A stretch of DNA of 64,000 bases from an uncultured Pelagibacteraceae bacterium (GCA_902600635.1 CACKKE010000001.1:15194-79193), one strand, 5' to 3'; positions 9,761-18,815 are shown, counted from the first letter of the stretch. Notes: generated by a model from the letters alone, not told the origin. Numbers and translations are program-made.

Positions 9761-10358
9761 TATATTTAAAAATTAGATAAACTACTAATCCTACAATAAC
9801 AATTAATATTCCAATTATCGTAAACCATTTTGACCCATGTTTATCCATAAAGTCAGTAAATAAGTTTCCAAACCTGTAAGAGAGATATGACACTAAAAAA
9901 AATCTTAATCCTCTAGAAATTAAGCTAATCAAAACAAAAATTAAAAAGTTAAAACCTATAAGACCGCTTGCAATCGTAAAAACTTTATAAGGAAGAGGCG
10001 TAAAACCCGCTAAAAAAAGTATTCCGAGCCAGGCATAAAAACCATCATTTCTAATCAAACTCTCTTTTATATTATATAGTTTATTCTCATAACCATAAAA
10101 ATTCATAATTTGTGTTCCAAATTCAAAAAAGAACGCGCCAATTACATAACCGAGCATACCACCTAAAACTGAAAATACTGTTGTAATAAGAAAAATTTTT
10201 TTAAATTCAGTTTTTTTGGAGATTACCATAGGAATAATCATAACGTCTGGGGGAATAGGAAAAAATGAACTCTCAATAAATGAAACAATCGCCAAGTAAT
10301 ATTTAGAACTTTTATGACCCGCTAAATCTAAACATTTTTTGTAAAGATTTTTAAACAT
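9753..10358 (-). CDS. YqaA/DedA (VTT domain) membrane protein
   Basis: SFIESSFFPIPPD and TPLPYKVFTIASG motifs. Confidence 0.88.
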   Translation of the reverse strand: MFKNLYKKCLDLAGHKSSKYYLAIVSFIESSFFPIPPDVMIIPMVISKKTEFKKIFLITTVFSVLGGMLGYVIGAFFFEFGTQIMNFYGYENKLYNIKESLIRNDGFYAWLGILFLAGFTPLPYKVFTIASGLIGFNFLIFVLISLISRGLRFFLVSYLSYRFGNLFTDFMDKHGSKWFTIIGILIVIVGLVVYLIFKYNV

Positions 10359-10416
10359 TTTTTGGTTTTAATATAATTTTAGTTCTTATACTATTTAATA
10401 AATTATTTAACAATCG

Positions 10417-10501
10417 GGGCGAATGGCGGAACTGGTAGACGCGCACGACTCAAAATCGTGTTTCGCAAGAAGTGAGAGTTCGATTCTCTCTTCGCCCACC
10501 A
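10417..10501 (+). tRNA. tRNA-Leu(CAA)
   Basis: Acceptor GGGCGAA/TTCGCCC, anticodon arm CACGA-CT-CAA-AA-TCGTG, long variable arm, GTTCGA, encoded CCA. Confidence 0.97.
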
Positions 10502-10505
10502 AATT

Positions 10506-12206
10506 ATGCAATTAAGTAGAATAAACAGTTTAGTAGAACTTTTTTTTACAAAGTACAAAGAAATAAATTCAGTTGCTGATAAGCCATTTTTAAAATGGTT
10601 AAAAGAAAATGAAAAAGATTTTTTGACTTGGAAACAAGTCGCGTCAAACATTCAAATTTTATCTGAATACTTAAGAGCAAATTTAACTAAGGGAGACCGG
10701 TGCATCCTATTATCTGAAAATAGACCGGAATGGCTTATCTCTGATATATCAATTATGAATGCAGGTGGTGTCACAGTACCATTATTTACAACTTATTCAG
10801 AGAAAGACTATGAATACATAATTAATGATTGTAAGCCAAAAATTTGTGTCGTCTCTAATGAAGTCCAATTAAAAAAAATTGAAAAATTTATATCAGATGA
10901 AATAAAAGTTTTATCTATTGAATATATAAATGAAAGAGTTGAAAGTATAGAGAATATATTCGAAGAATATCTAAAAAAAAATAAATCAGATCTTCTTATA
11001 AGTTTTAATCCAAATCTTGAGAGAAAAGATCTTGCTTGTATAATTTACACATCTGGAACAACTGGTAATCCAAAAGGAGTAATGCTTAGTCATGGAGGAA
11101 TTTTATCAAATTGTGAGGGAGCTCAAGAGATATTAAATCAATTAGTTCTAAATAGTGAACCTACCTTTTTAACATGGCTACCGTTATCTCATTCGTATGA
11201 GCATGCAGTTCAATTCGTTCAAATTTCGCTTGGTGCAAAAATTTATTATGCTGAAAGTCTGGAGAAGTTATTATCAAATATGTCTATTGCAAAACCTACA
11301 ATCATGACAGCCGTTCCGAGATTTTATCAAAATTTGTACAGTAAGATTTCAATGAATTTTTCAAAGCAAAAAGGTTTTAAGAAAAAATTGATATCATCAA
11401 CTATCTCACTTGGAACTAAAAAACTTAATAATGAGAATTTAACATTGAAAGAAAAATTAATTAATTTCTTATGCGAAAAACTTGTAAGAAAAAAGATTAA
11501 AAATCAATTTGGTGGAAAACTTAGGGCTTTTGTATCTGGGGGTGGTGCTTTAGATCAAAAAATTGGAGAATTTTTAAACGCTATAGGATTACCCACTCTC
11601 CAAGGCTATGGTCTTACCGAGGCCTCACCTGTAGTAAGTTGTAATATTCCTGGAAAAATCAAAATTGATACAGTTGGACCTCCTTTTAAAACAAACCAAG
11701 TGAATATAGCCGAAGATGGTGAAATTTTGGTCAAAGGTGAAAATGTCATGCTTGGTTATTGGAACATGAAAAAAGAAACAGCTGATGTCATAAGGAATGG
11801 TTGGTTACACACTGGTGATATTGGAGAGATTACAGAAGATGGAAATTTAAAAATTACTGATAGAAAGAAAGAAATAATAGTTAGTCTTGGTGGAGATAAC
11901 ATTTCACCATCTAAAATTGAAAATTTATTATGTTTAAATGAGCAAATTAAACAAAGTTTTGTTTATGGAGATAAAAAAACTTATTTAGTTGCGTTAATTG
12001 TAACTGAAAGCACTGAAAATAGAAAAAAAATTGAGATTTTTTTAGAAAGTTTAAATAAAACTTTATCTTTAGTCGAAAAAGTTAAAAAATTTAAATTAGT
12101 TGAAGAAGAATTTTCAATTGAAAATGGAATGTTAACACCAACATTAAAACTAAAAAGAAAAAGAATTTTAGATAAATATAAAGAAGATTTAGAAAAACTT
12201 TATTAA
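10506..12206 (+). CDS. Long-chain fatty acid--CoA ligase (AMP-binding)
   Basis: YTSGTTGNPKG, QGYGLTE, WLHTGDIG, LTPTLKLKR. Confidence 0.93.
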   Translation: MQLSRINSLVELFFTKYKEINSVADKPFLKWLKENEKDFLTWKQVASNIQILSEYLRANLTKGDRCILLSENRPEWLISDISIMNAGGVTVPLFTTYSEKDYEYIINDCKPKICVVSNEVQLKKIEKFISDEIKVLSIEYINERVESIENIFEEYLKKNKSDLLISFNPNLERKDLACIIYTSGTTGNPKGVMLSHGGILSNCEGAQEILNQLVLNSEPTFLTWLPLSHSYEHAVQFVQISLGAKIYYAESLEKLLSNMSIAKPTIMTAVPRFYQNLYSKISMNFSKQKGFKKKLISSTISLGTKKLNNENLTLKEKLINFLCEKLVRKKIKNQFGGKLRAFVSGGGALDQKIGEFLNAIGLPTLQGYGLTEASPVVSCNIPGKIKIDTVGPPFKTNQVNIAEDGEILVKGENVMLGYWNMKKETADVIRNGWLHTGDIGEITEDGNLKITDRKKEIIVSLGGDNISPSKIENLLCLNEQIKQSFVYGDKKTYLVALIVTESTENRKKIEIFLESLNKTLSLVEKVKKFKLVEEEFSIENGMLTPTLKLKRKRILDKYKEDLEKLY

Positions 12207-12324
12207 TTTATTTAAAATATTTGATTATAAAGCGCATAAACATTAACTTTTTTACACTTTTAAAAATATAAAAATAATATTTTTATAAAATTTTTTTTTA
12301 AAATTTTTAACTTTAATTAAAGAA

Positions 12325-12354
12325 TTGACATAACGTATATAAAAAAATAAAAAT
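12325..12354 (+). promoter_or_regulatory. Candidate sigma70 promoter for the small basic peptide gene
   Basis: Perfect TTGACA (12325-12330), 17-bp spacer, TAAAAA (12348-12353); AT-tract-rich upstream region. Confidence 0.6.
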
Positions 12355-12363
12355 AAGTTAATC

Positions 12364-12382
12364 ACGAATCAATTTGATTCGT
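12364..12382. repeat. Perfect inverted repeat ACGAATCAA-T-TTGATTCGT in the peptide leader
   Basis: 9-bp arms seen directly; flanked by GTTAA (12357-12361) and TTAAC (12383-12387). Confidence 0.75.
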
Positions 12383-12404
12383 TTAACTAAAAAGGGAGCT
12401 AAAG

Positions 12405-12482
12405 ATGCCTAAGAGAAGAAAAAAAGCAAAGAAGGCTAAGAAAAAAGCTAAGAAAAAAGCTAAAAAAAGAAGAAGAAGATAA
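12405..12482 (+). CDS. Unannotated 25-aa Lys/Arg/Ala-rich peptide (protamine/histone H1-like or eL41/bS22-like)
   Basis: MPKRRKKAKKAKKKAKKKAKKRRRR followed by TAA TAA; SD AAGGGAG at 12392-12398; dedicated promoter and terminator. Confidence 0.8.
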   Translation: MPKRRKKAKKAKKKAKKKAKKRRRR

Positions 12483-12500
12483 TAACTTAGTATTCTTTAT

Positions 12501-12545
12501 AAAAAACGCTTCTCATAACTTTTTGTGTGAGAGGCGTTTTTTTTT
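12501..12545 (+). terminator. Intrinsic terminator between the peptide gene and convergent carD
   Basis: CGCTTCTCATA...TGTGAGAGGCG stem with two G:U pairs that form only on the + strand, followed by a 9-T run. An A-run on the other side suggests possible bidirectional use. Confidence 0.85.
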
Positions 12546-13407
12546 ATTCTTCTATTTGTTCATCATCCTCTGAAATTGGCTCTTCAACAGTTAATTCATT
12601 TGTACTCGTTGTTGAACTTGAAGTTTTAGTACTTTTATCCTCTTCCTTTACCTCTTTATTAAGATTTCTTTTAAGAGCTTTATCAAGTTTTTTTTGTGTA
12701 TCTTCTCGTGATACATTTAAAACAATTTGAAATTCTGAAAGAATTCGATCATAGGCTTTCTCAAACAGTTGTCTTTCACTGTAAGATTGATCAATCATTA
12801 GATCATCACCTTTATTTAGATCTCTTACTACCTCAGCTAATTCATAAATTTTACCAGAAGAAATTTTTGCTTCATATTCTTGAGCTCTTCTACTCCACAT
12901 AGACCTTTTAATTTTTGGTTTACTTTTCAAAATTGAAACACTTTTGTTTACTTGATTAATTGTAGAAAGTGGACGTAAATGAGATTGTTTATTGACTGGC
13001 ACCATACCGTTAGCTTTGTCTTTTTCGAACTTTATAATATAGGTTTCAACATCAATCCCACCAATATTGATTTTCTTGAATTCCGTAATTTGACCTACTC
13101 CATGTTTAGGATATACAACATAATCTTTAATTTTATATTCTCTCTTTTCAGTATTTTGTTTTTTTACTTTTTTGATTTCAGGTTTAAGTTCATTGCTCTT
13201 AGAAATTCTTAGATTTTCATTTTGAACTTCAGTTTTCGGCTTTATCTTTTTCTGAACCTTCTTCGGAATTTTTGAAATTTTCTTTACTTTTTTTAATTTT
13301 ATAATTTTTGCTTTCTTAACTTTTGTAATTGGTTTTTTTTTGACTTTTACCTTAGTTTTCTTTTTAAAGGTTTTCTTTAAAATACTTTTCAAACTTATTT
13401 TGCTCAT
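12544..13407 (-). CDS. carD: CarD/CdnL RNA polymerase-binding transcription factor with Lys-rich N-terminal extension
   Basis: [13 protein letters not shown] domain, MWSRRAQEY with the conserved Trp, SYSERQL. Start placed at ATG 13407 (uncertain). Confidence 0.9.
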   Translation of the reverse strand: MSKISLKSILKKTFKKKTKVKVKKKPITKVKKAKIIKLKKVKKISKIPKKVQKKIKPKTEVQNENLRISKSNELKPEIKKVKKQNTEKREYKIKDYVVYPKHGVGQITEFKKINIGGIDVETYIIKFEKDKANGMVPVNKQSHLRPLSTINQVNKSVSILKSKPKIKRSMWSRRAQEYEAKISSGKIYELAEVVRDLNKGDDLMIDQSYSERQLFEKAYDRILSEFQIVLNVSREDTQKKLDKALKRNLNKEVKEEDKSTKTSSSTTSTNELTVEEPISEDDEQIEE

Positions 13408-13690
13408 TTTTATATTTTTCGTGATCCGAAGGTGGATCTTTTTTCTCACTTATGTTGGGCCAGATCTCAGAATATTTTTTATTGATTTCTAACCACTTTT
13501 CACTGCCTGGCTCTATATCTGCTTTAATTGCATCAACAGGACATTCAGGCTCACAAACGCCACAATCTATACACTCATCAGGTTTAATTACAAGCATATT
13601 TTTCCCTTCATAGAAACAATCTACAGGACAAACTTCAACACAGTCCATTAATTTACACTTGATACATTTATCATTTACTATGTAAGTCAT
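13364..13690 (-). CDS. fdxA: Ferredoxin, FdxA (7Fe) type
   Basis: [17 protein letters not shown] and [12 protein letters not shown]. Confidence 0.93.
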   Translation of the reverse strand: MTYIVNDKCIKCKLMDCVEVCPVDCFYEGKNMLVIKPDECIDCGVCEPECPVDAIKADIEPGSEKWLEINKKYSEIWPNISEKKDPPSDHEKYKNEQNKFEKYFKENL

Positions 13691-14097
13691 GATTGGATTT
13701 TATTTTTAATTCTTTCTTTAATATCGCCCATTAATTTACTGTCAATATATAATAGTCCACCTAGTCTTCTCATTAAACTTGTCTCATAAATGTCTGCCTC
13801 ATTATTCGAGTAAATTATTCTCCAAAGTGTTTCAACTATTTTAATTTTATCATTTTCTTCCATATTTTTAACCTCTTTTGTAAACTCTAAAATTTGATTT
13901 GAGTTTTCTTCAATTTTTTTACCATCAAAAAATATTTTTTCTAAATTTTCATTGTTTGCACCTATTTGTAAAAGAGATTGTTTTATTATTGTTTCTTCAC
14001 TTTTTGAAAAGTTTTCATCAATTTTAGCTGCGTGAATTAAAAGTGCAGCTATTTTAGATAGATTATTATTTTCATTCTTATTCTTTTTAAAAAACAT
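13687..14097 (-). CDS. TerB-family protein
   Basis: [15 protein letters not shown]...LW...[11 protein letters not shown] pattern. Confidence 0.7.
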   Translation of the reverse strand: MFFKKNKNENNNLSKIAALLIHAAKIDENFSKSEETIIKQSLLQIGANNENLEKIFFDGKKIEENSNQILEFTKEVKNMEENDKIKIVETLWRIIYSNNEADIYETSLMRRLGGLLYIDSKLMGDIKERIKNKIQS

Positions 14098-14101
14098 AAT
14101 T

Positions 14102-16579
14102 TTAATTAAGATTTAAATTTTTTAGAACACCAAAAGGATTTTCTTTAATATTATCTTTATTTTGAAACTTTACCTTCTTTTTTGGAATATATTTAAAGAA
14201 AACTTCATTATTTTTTTCTAAAATTTTATAACTCATAGCTTTGAGTAATTTTTTAAAGTCCTCTTTGTTACATCCCAATAAATTTAACATCTCTGGTATC
14301 ATTTTTATTTCATTCATATTCTTTGTATCTGAGTTTATTATTTGTACAAATAATCTCTCCAAAATGTCTATTCTAATATAGAAATTATTAAATTTTTCAA
14401 ATCCGCAAAGTAACATAAAGTTTTTATTTTGAATTTTGTTATCATTTAAAAAATTTAAACCAAAAGTAGGAGGTTCTAAATTAAAGTATTTTTGATTATG
14501 ATTTTTCCACAAAAGGGTTCTTAATGAGACTGGTTCTGGTTTTATCAATTTAAATAAAAAGACATGATATCTACCAAATTTTACGCCCAGGTCTCTTAAA
14601 ATTTTTCTATCATCTTGGTCTAATTTATTTAAGTATTCAGAGACCATATCTCTCTTAATAACACCATTATTTTCGTAAAGTTGATAAGCTAATGCTTTTA
14701 TAGATGAGTTTTTATCCTTTAGATCCTTTAAATCATAGAGACTCTTTAAAACTGTTGAAATTTTATTCTTTAGCCATTTTTCTAAAAAAGTAATCAATTT
14801 ACTTTTTTGATTTTGCTCTAACATTTCATCCACTAATAATTCTATGTTAGGGTTCAAATAATCTTTACCAGGAATTAGTTTACCAATTGTTGCATTATTC
14901 CAATATATTTTAGAGTCATTTTTTAACTCAACTAAACCTGTATCTATTATAATTTGAACTCTCTTTTCAAGTTCCGGCCCTATCGTCTTTCTCGCAGCCT
15001 TTTTTAAAGATTTAATATCAGTCTCCAAAGCTCCTTTCTTAAGATCAAGTTCTAATTTAAGTCCATTTATTTTACCTATAAATTGATCATCGATCATAAC
15101 ATTATTATTTTCTAAAATTTTGGTATCAAATTCCATATCTTGTTTTAAACCTCTTGCAAGTACGCTTGCCCTTTTATCAATAAAAGTTTTTGTGAGTTCT
15201 TCATGAAGTCTATCTGAAAGTTTATCCTCTAAGAATTTAGTTTTTTCAATCCAGTAATTTTGATTTTCAACCCAATTGTTTTTATTTGAAACATATGACC
15301 AAGTTCTCACATTTGCAATTCTATTTGCTAAAGAATCTACATTTCCATCCAATTTATCTAGCTTCATAAGCTGTAAATGCATAAAATTATCCGATATTTT
15401 GCCTTTGTCACTGTTTAAAAAATTGAATACTTTTTCAACAACATCGATGTGATTACCGTAGGTTTTCTTTACAAAGTCAGGAATTTGACAGCATTCCCAT
15501 AGTAGTGTCAGTGTATCTTTTACAGTAGGCAAATTATATAGGCCCAACTTCTTTAAGAAATATTTTAAAACTTTCTCATCTTCACACTCATGGATCTTTC
15601 TAAGCCAATCTTTATTTGGCTTCTCTTCAAGTGATTTTAATAATGAGGCGGGATTGTTAAAATTTAAATCTGAATTTCTCCAAAATAAAGTTCTAATATT
15701 TTCAAATTTATGATTTTCTAAAAGTTCAACTTCTTCAGCTGTAATTTCTTTGCAATCTCCCGTGATGCCGAAATTACCATCATTGAGATATCTACCTGCT
15801 CTTCCAGCAATTTGACCTATTTCAGATAGACTAAGTTTTCTTAATTTTTTTCCATCAAACTTTTTAAGATTTGAAAAATACACTTGATCTAAATCCATAT
15901 TTATACCCATTCCAATCGCATCAGTTGCTACTAAAAAATCAACATCCCCTGATTGGTATAAGTCTACTTGTGCATTCCTTGTTTTTGGACTTAAAGATCC
16001 CATAACAATTGCAGCTCCGCCTTTTTGTCTTCGTATTAATTCTGCTATTGCATAAACTTCCTCTGTTGAAAAAGCTATAATCGCTGTTTTTCTATTTATA
16101 CGTGAAATTTTTTTGTGACCCGAGTAAGTGAGTTTAGATAATCTTTTTCTATCAATGAATTCAATATCGTCATTTAATTTTGAAACTATTCCTTTAATTG
16201 TGTTCGAACCCATAAACATTGTAAGTTTACTTCCTCTCATATTGAGCAATCTGTCTGTAAAAATATGACCTCGTTCATGGTCTGCACACATTTGAATTTC
16301 ATCAACACCTACAAATTCTAAATCTTTATCTATTGGCATTGACTCTACTGTACACAAAAAATATTTTGCATTTGAAGGTATAATTTTTTCTTCACCAGTT
16401 ATTAAGGCAACTTCATCATATCTAGTTTTTTTAATTACTTTGTCATAGACTTCTCTAGCTAAAAGTCTTAATGGAAAACCAATCATTCCAGTATCAAAAG
16501 AGAGCATTGTTTCTATTGCCAAATGGGTTTTACCGGTATTTGTTGGACCAAGCACTGCCGTGATTCTATTTTTATTCAT
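14102..16579 (-). CDS. SUV3/MgpS-like ATP-dependent helicase
   Basis: LGPTNTGKT, DEIQ, VATDAIGMG, QIAGRAGR. Confidence 0.9.
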   Translation of the reverse strand: MNKNRITAVLGPTNTGKTHLAIETMLSFDTGMIGFPLRLLAREVYDKVIKKTRYDEVALITGEEKIIPSNAKYFLCTVESMPIDKDLEFVGVDEIQMCADHERGHIFTDRLLNMRGSKLTMFMGSNTIKGIVSKLNDDIEFIDRKRLSKLTYSGHKKISRINRKTAIIAFSTEEVYAIAELIRRQKGGAAIVMGSLSPKTRNAQVDLYQSGDVDFLVATDAIGMGINMDLDQVYFSNLKKFDGKKLRKLSLSEIGQIAGRAGRYLNDGNFGITGDCKEITAEEVELLENHKFENIRTLFWRNSDLNFNNPASLLKSLEEKPNKDWLRKIHECEDEKVLKYFLKKLGLYNLPTVKDTLTLLWECCQIPDFVKKTYGNHIDVVEKVFNFLNSDKGKISDNFMHLQLMKLDKLDGNVDSLANRIANVRTWSYVSNKNNWVENQNYWIEKTKFLEDKLSDRLHEELTKTFIDKRASVLARGLKQDMEFDTKILENNNVMIDDQFIGKINGLKLELDLKKGALETDIKSLKKAARKTIGPELEKRVQIIIDTGLVELKNDSKIYWNNATIGKLIPGKDYLNPNIELLVDEMLEQNQKSKLITFLEKWLKNKISTVLKSLYDLKDLKDKNSSIKALAYQLYENNGVIKRDMVSEYLNKLDQDDRKILRDLGVKFGRYHVFLFKLIKPEPVSLRTLLWKNHNQKYFNLEPPTFGLNFLNDNKIQNKNFMLLCGFEKFNNFYIRIDILERLFVQIINSDTKNMNEIKMIPEMLNLLGCNKEDFKKLLKAMSYKILEKNNEVFFKYIPKKKVKFQNKDNIKENPFGVLKNLNLN

Positions 16580-16753
16580 TTCTATCTTTGGTATGTTTAA
16601 TATTTTACCTACAAGATGTAGTTACTAGTAAAGAACAAAAATAGACTAAAACATGACCGAATCGTTCTATAAAAAGTTCTCATTTTAAATTCTTAAAAGA
16701 TTTAACTTAACATAATATGATTTATTGTCCAAATTACTATCAATTATAAAGTC

Positions 16754-17158
16754 TTAAGACTTTATCTTAAGAATTTTCCAAACTCCAGAAGCAGATGTGA
16801 TTATTTTGTCATTACATTTTAATTCACAAAATAAAAATACTAAAGTTTTTGTTTTTTTTAAAATTTTTACATGCCCTATGATCTCATCACCAATTTTTGA
16901 AGCACCGATATATTTAAGATCTAGAGAAATTGTTACACATGGTGCATTTTGAGCACTACGGTGTGCTGCTGTTCCTGCTCCGGCATCTATCAAAGCTGCT
17001 AAGTATCCTCCATGAGTTATACCTGCCGTGTTCAGATGATTTTCATTTATAATCGATTTGAATTCATATTCGCTTTCAGAGATATTTCTAAACATAACAC
17101 CACCGTTATGTCTCATAAAACCATGTTTTAAACTTATTTGTTCAAATGAATTAGACAT
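16754..17158 (-). CDS. PaaI-family hotdog thioesterase
   Basis: HLNTAGITHGGYLAALID motif. Confidence 0.88.
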   Translation of the reverse strand: MSNSFEQISLKHGFMRHNGGVMFRNISESEYEFKSIINENHLNTAGITHGGYLAALIDAGAGTAAHRSAQNAPCVTISLDLKYIGASKIGDEIIGHVKILKKTKTLVFLFCELKCNDKIITSASGVWKILKIKS

Positions 17159-17164
17159 AATTTG

Positions 17165-17263
17165 TTAAAGTATAAAAGTTAAAATAATTAAAACTATAAG
17201 AATAATTATAAAAAAATAAATCACAGACATCTGAAGAGAGGATTTAATCAGCCATTTCATCAT
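17165..17263 (-). CDS. Possible 32-aa hydrophobic membrane peptide
   Basis: MMKWLIKSSLQMSVIYFFIIILIVLIILTFIL* fills the gap between tRNA-Arg and the thioesterase; no clear SD. Confidence 0.3.
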   Translation of the reverse strand: MMKWLIKSSLQMSVIYFFIIILIVLIILTFIL

Positions 17264-17278
17264 AATTCATCTCATTAA

Positions 17279-17355
17279 TGGTGCGCCTGCTAGGAGTCGA
17301 ACCCAGAACCTCCTGGTCCGTAGCCAAGCGCTCTATCCAGTTGAGCTACAGGCGC
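17279..17355 (-). tRNA. tRNA-Arg(ACG)
   Basis: Reverse strand GCGCCTG...CTTGG-CT-ACG-GA-CCAGG...GTTCGA...CAGGCGC-A-CCA. Confidence 0.97.
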
Positions 17356-17427
17356 ATTTTTAAATTTTATTTATTATTGTATATCATTTTTTAGTGTATT
17401 TTAATGCTAAGACAAATTTAAATTATT

Positions 17428-18603
17428 ATGAATAATTCAATGAATGAAGTTGTGATTGTAGAAGCTATCAGAACTCCAATTGGAGCTTATAAAGGATCTC
17501 TTAAAGAATTAAGCGCTGATAAGCTGGGATCAATTGTTATTAGGGAAATTTTAAGAAAAAGTAAATTAGGTAAAAATGATATTGATGAGGTAATTATGGG
17601 CCAAGTGCTCACAGCTGGTGGAGGCCAAAATCCTGCAAGACAGGCTGCGATAAATGCAGGTATAAATATTTCTAAACCGGCCTACATAGTAAATCAAGTT
17701 TGTGGCTCTGGACTTAGAGCTGTAATCTCAGGTTATCAATCAATTAAATTAGGAGAGGTAAAAAATGTAATTTCTGGTGGACAAGAAAACATGTCATTAG
17801 CCCCACATTCAATTTTTTACCGGGACAGTAAAAAAATTTCAGAGGAACATTTGATAGATACAATGATAAATGACGGATTGATAGATGCATTTAATAATTA
17901 TCATATGGGTGTAACTGCTGAAAATGTTGCAAAGAAATTTAATATTTCACGAGTTGAACAAGATGACTTTGCATTAAATTCTCAAAAAAAAACAGAAACT
18001 GCAATTAATACTAATAGATTTAAGGAAGAACTAATTAAAATAAATCAATCTGGTATTAATCTTGAGAAAGATGAACATCCAAGAAAAGATCTTAATAAAT
18101 CAGATTTAGGCGGGCTAAAAGCAGTATTTTTAAAAGATGGGACCGTGACACCTGGAAACTCATCAGGAATTAATGATGGTGCTGCCGCTTTATTATTAAC
18201 AACCTTTGAAGAGGCAAAAAAAAGATCAATTCAACCTTTAGTAAAGATAATCTCATGGGCCTCGGTTGGAGTTGATCCAACTTTGATGGGTCTTGGACCA
18301 ATTGAAGCTGTACGTGAGGCAGTTAAAAAAGCAAAATGGAATTTAAATGATGTAGACCTTTTTGAAATTAATGAGGCTTTTGCCGCTCAAAGCATTGCAG
18401 TAATACGTGAGTTAAATATTGATGAGAATAAAGTCAATGTTAATGGAGGAGCTATAGCTTTAGGTCATCCTATAGGAGCATCAGGTGCCAGAATATTAGT
18501 TACTCTCATTCATGAAATGATAAAACAGAAAAAGAATAAAGGTTGCGCCACACTATGCATAGGTGGTGGAATGGGTATAGCCATATGTGTTGAGAGAATT
18601 TAA
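17428..18603 (+). CDS. Acetyl-CoA C-acetyltransferase (thiolase)
   Basis: NQVCGSG, NEAFAAQ, GHPIGASG, LCIGGGMG. Confidence 0.95.
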   Translation: MNNSMNEVVIVEAIRTPIGAYKGSLKELSADKLGSIVIREILRKSKLGKNDIDEVIMGQVLTAGGGQNPARQAAINAGINISKPAYIVNQVCGSGLRAVISGYQSIKLGEVKNVISGGQENMSLAPHSIFYRDSKKISEEHLIDTMINDGLIDAFNNYHMGVTAENVAKKFNISRVEQDDFALNSQKKTETAINTNRFKEELIKINQSGINLEKDEHPRKDLNKSDLGGLKAVFLKDGTVTPGNSSGINDGAAALLLTTFEEAKKRSIQPLVKIISWASVGVDPTLMGLGPIEAVREAVKKAKWNLNDVDLFEINEAFAAQSIAVIRELNIDENKVNVNGGAIALGHPIGASGARILVTLIHEMIKQKKNKGCATLCIGGGMGIAICVERI

Positions 18604-18716
18604 GAATTAATTTTTTTAAATTTCTCTTCAAGTAGAATTTTTTGTATCCAAATTTTAGCATCAATGTAAGTACTTTCTTTTGGTTGCAAGACTATATTTA
18701 ATAACTTTTTAATCAT
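18600..18716 (-). CDS. Possible 38-aa hypothetical protein
   Basis: MIKKLLNIVLQPKESTYIDAKIWIQKILLEEKFKKINS*; its stop overlaps the thiolase stop. Confidence 0.35.
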   Translation of the reverse strand: MIKKLLNIVLQPKESTYIDAKIWIQKILLEEKFKKINS

Positions 18717-18815
18717 TTTTAAAGGATACTTCAGAAGAGTGTCAAAAAATTGAGCAGAATGTGTTAAAATTAGCAATTAAGTAAAATTATATAGTGTATA
18801 AGATCTAAATACTAA

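Noticed and set aside
10403-10651. 82-aa minus-strand ORF
   Set aside because: Antisense shadow of tRNA-Leu and the ligase start.
12200-12330. CtrA boxes or palindromes in A/T tracts
   Set aside because: TTAA words and A/T palindromes are expected by chance at this base composition, and the spacing did not fit TTAA-N7-TTAA.
12527-13212. Plus-strand ORFs 12527-12730, 12696-12902 and 12979-13212
   Set aside because: Antisense to carD, and the first starts inside the terminator; no coding features.
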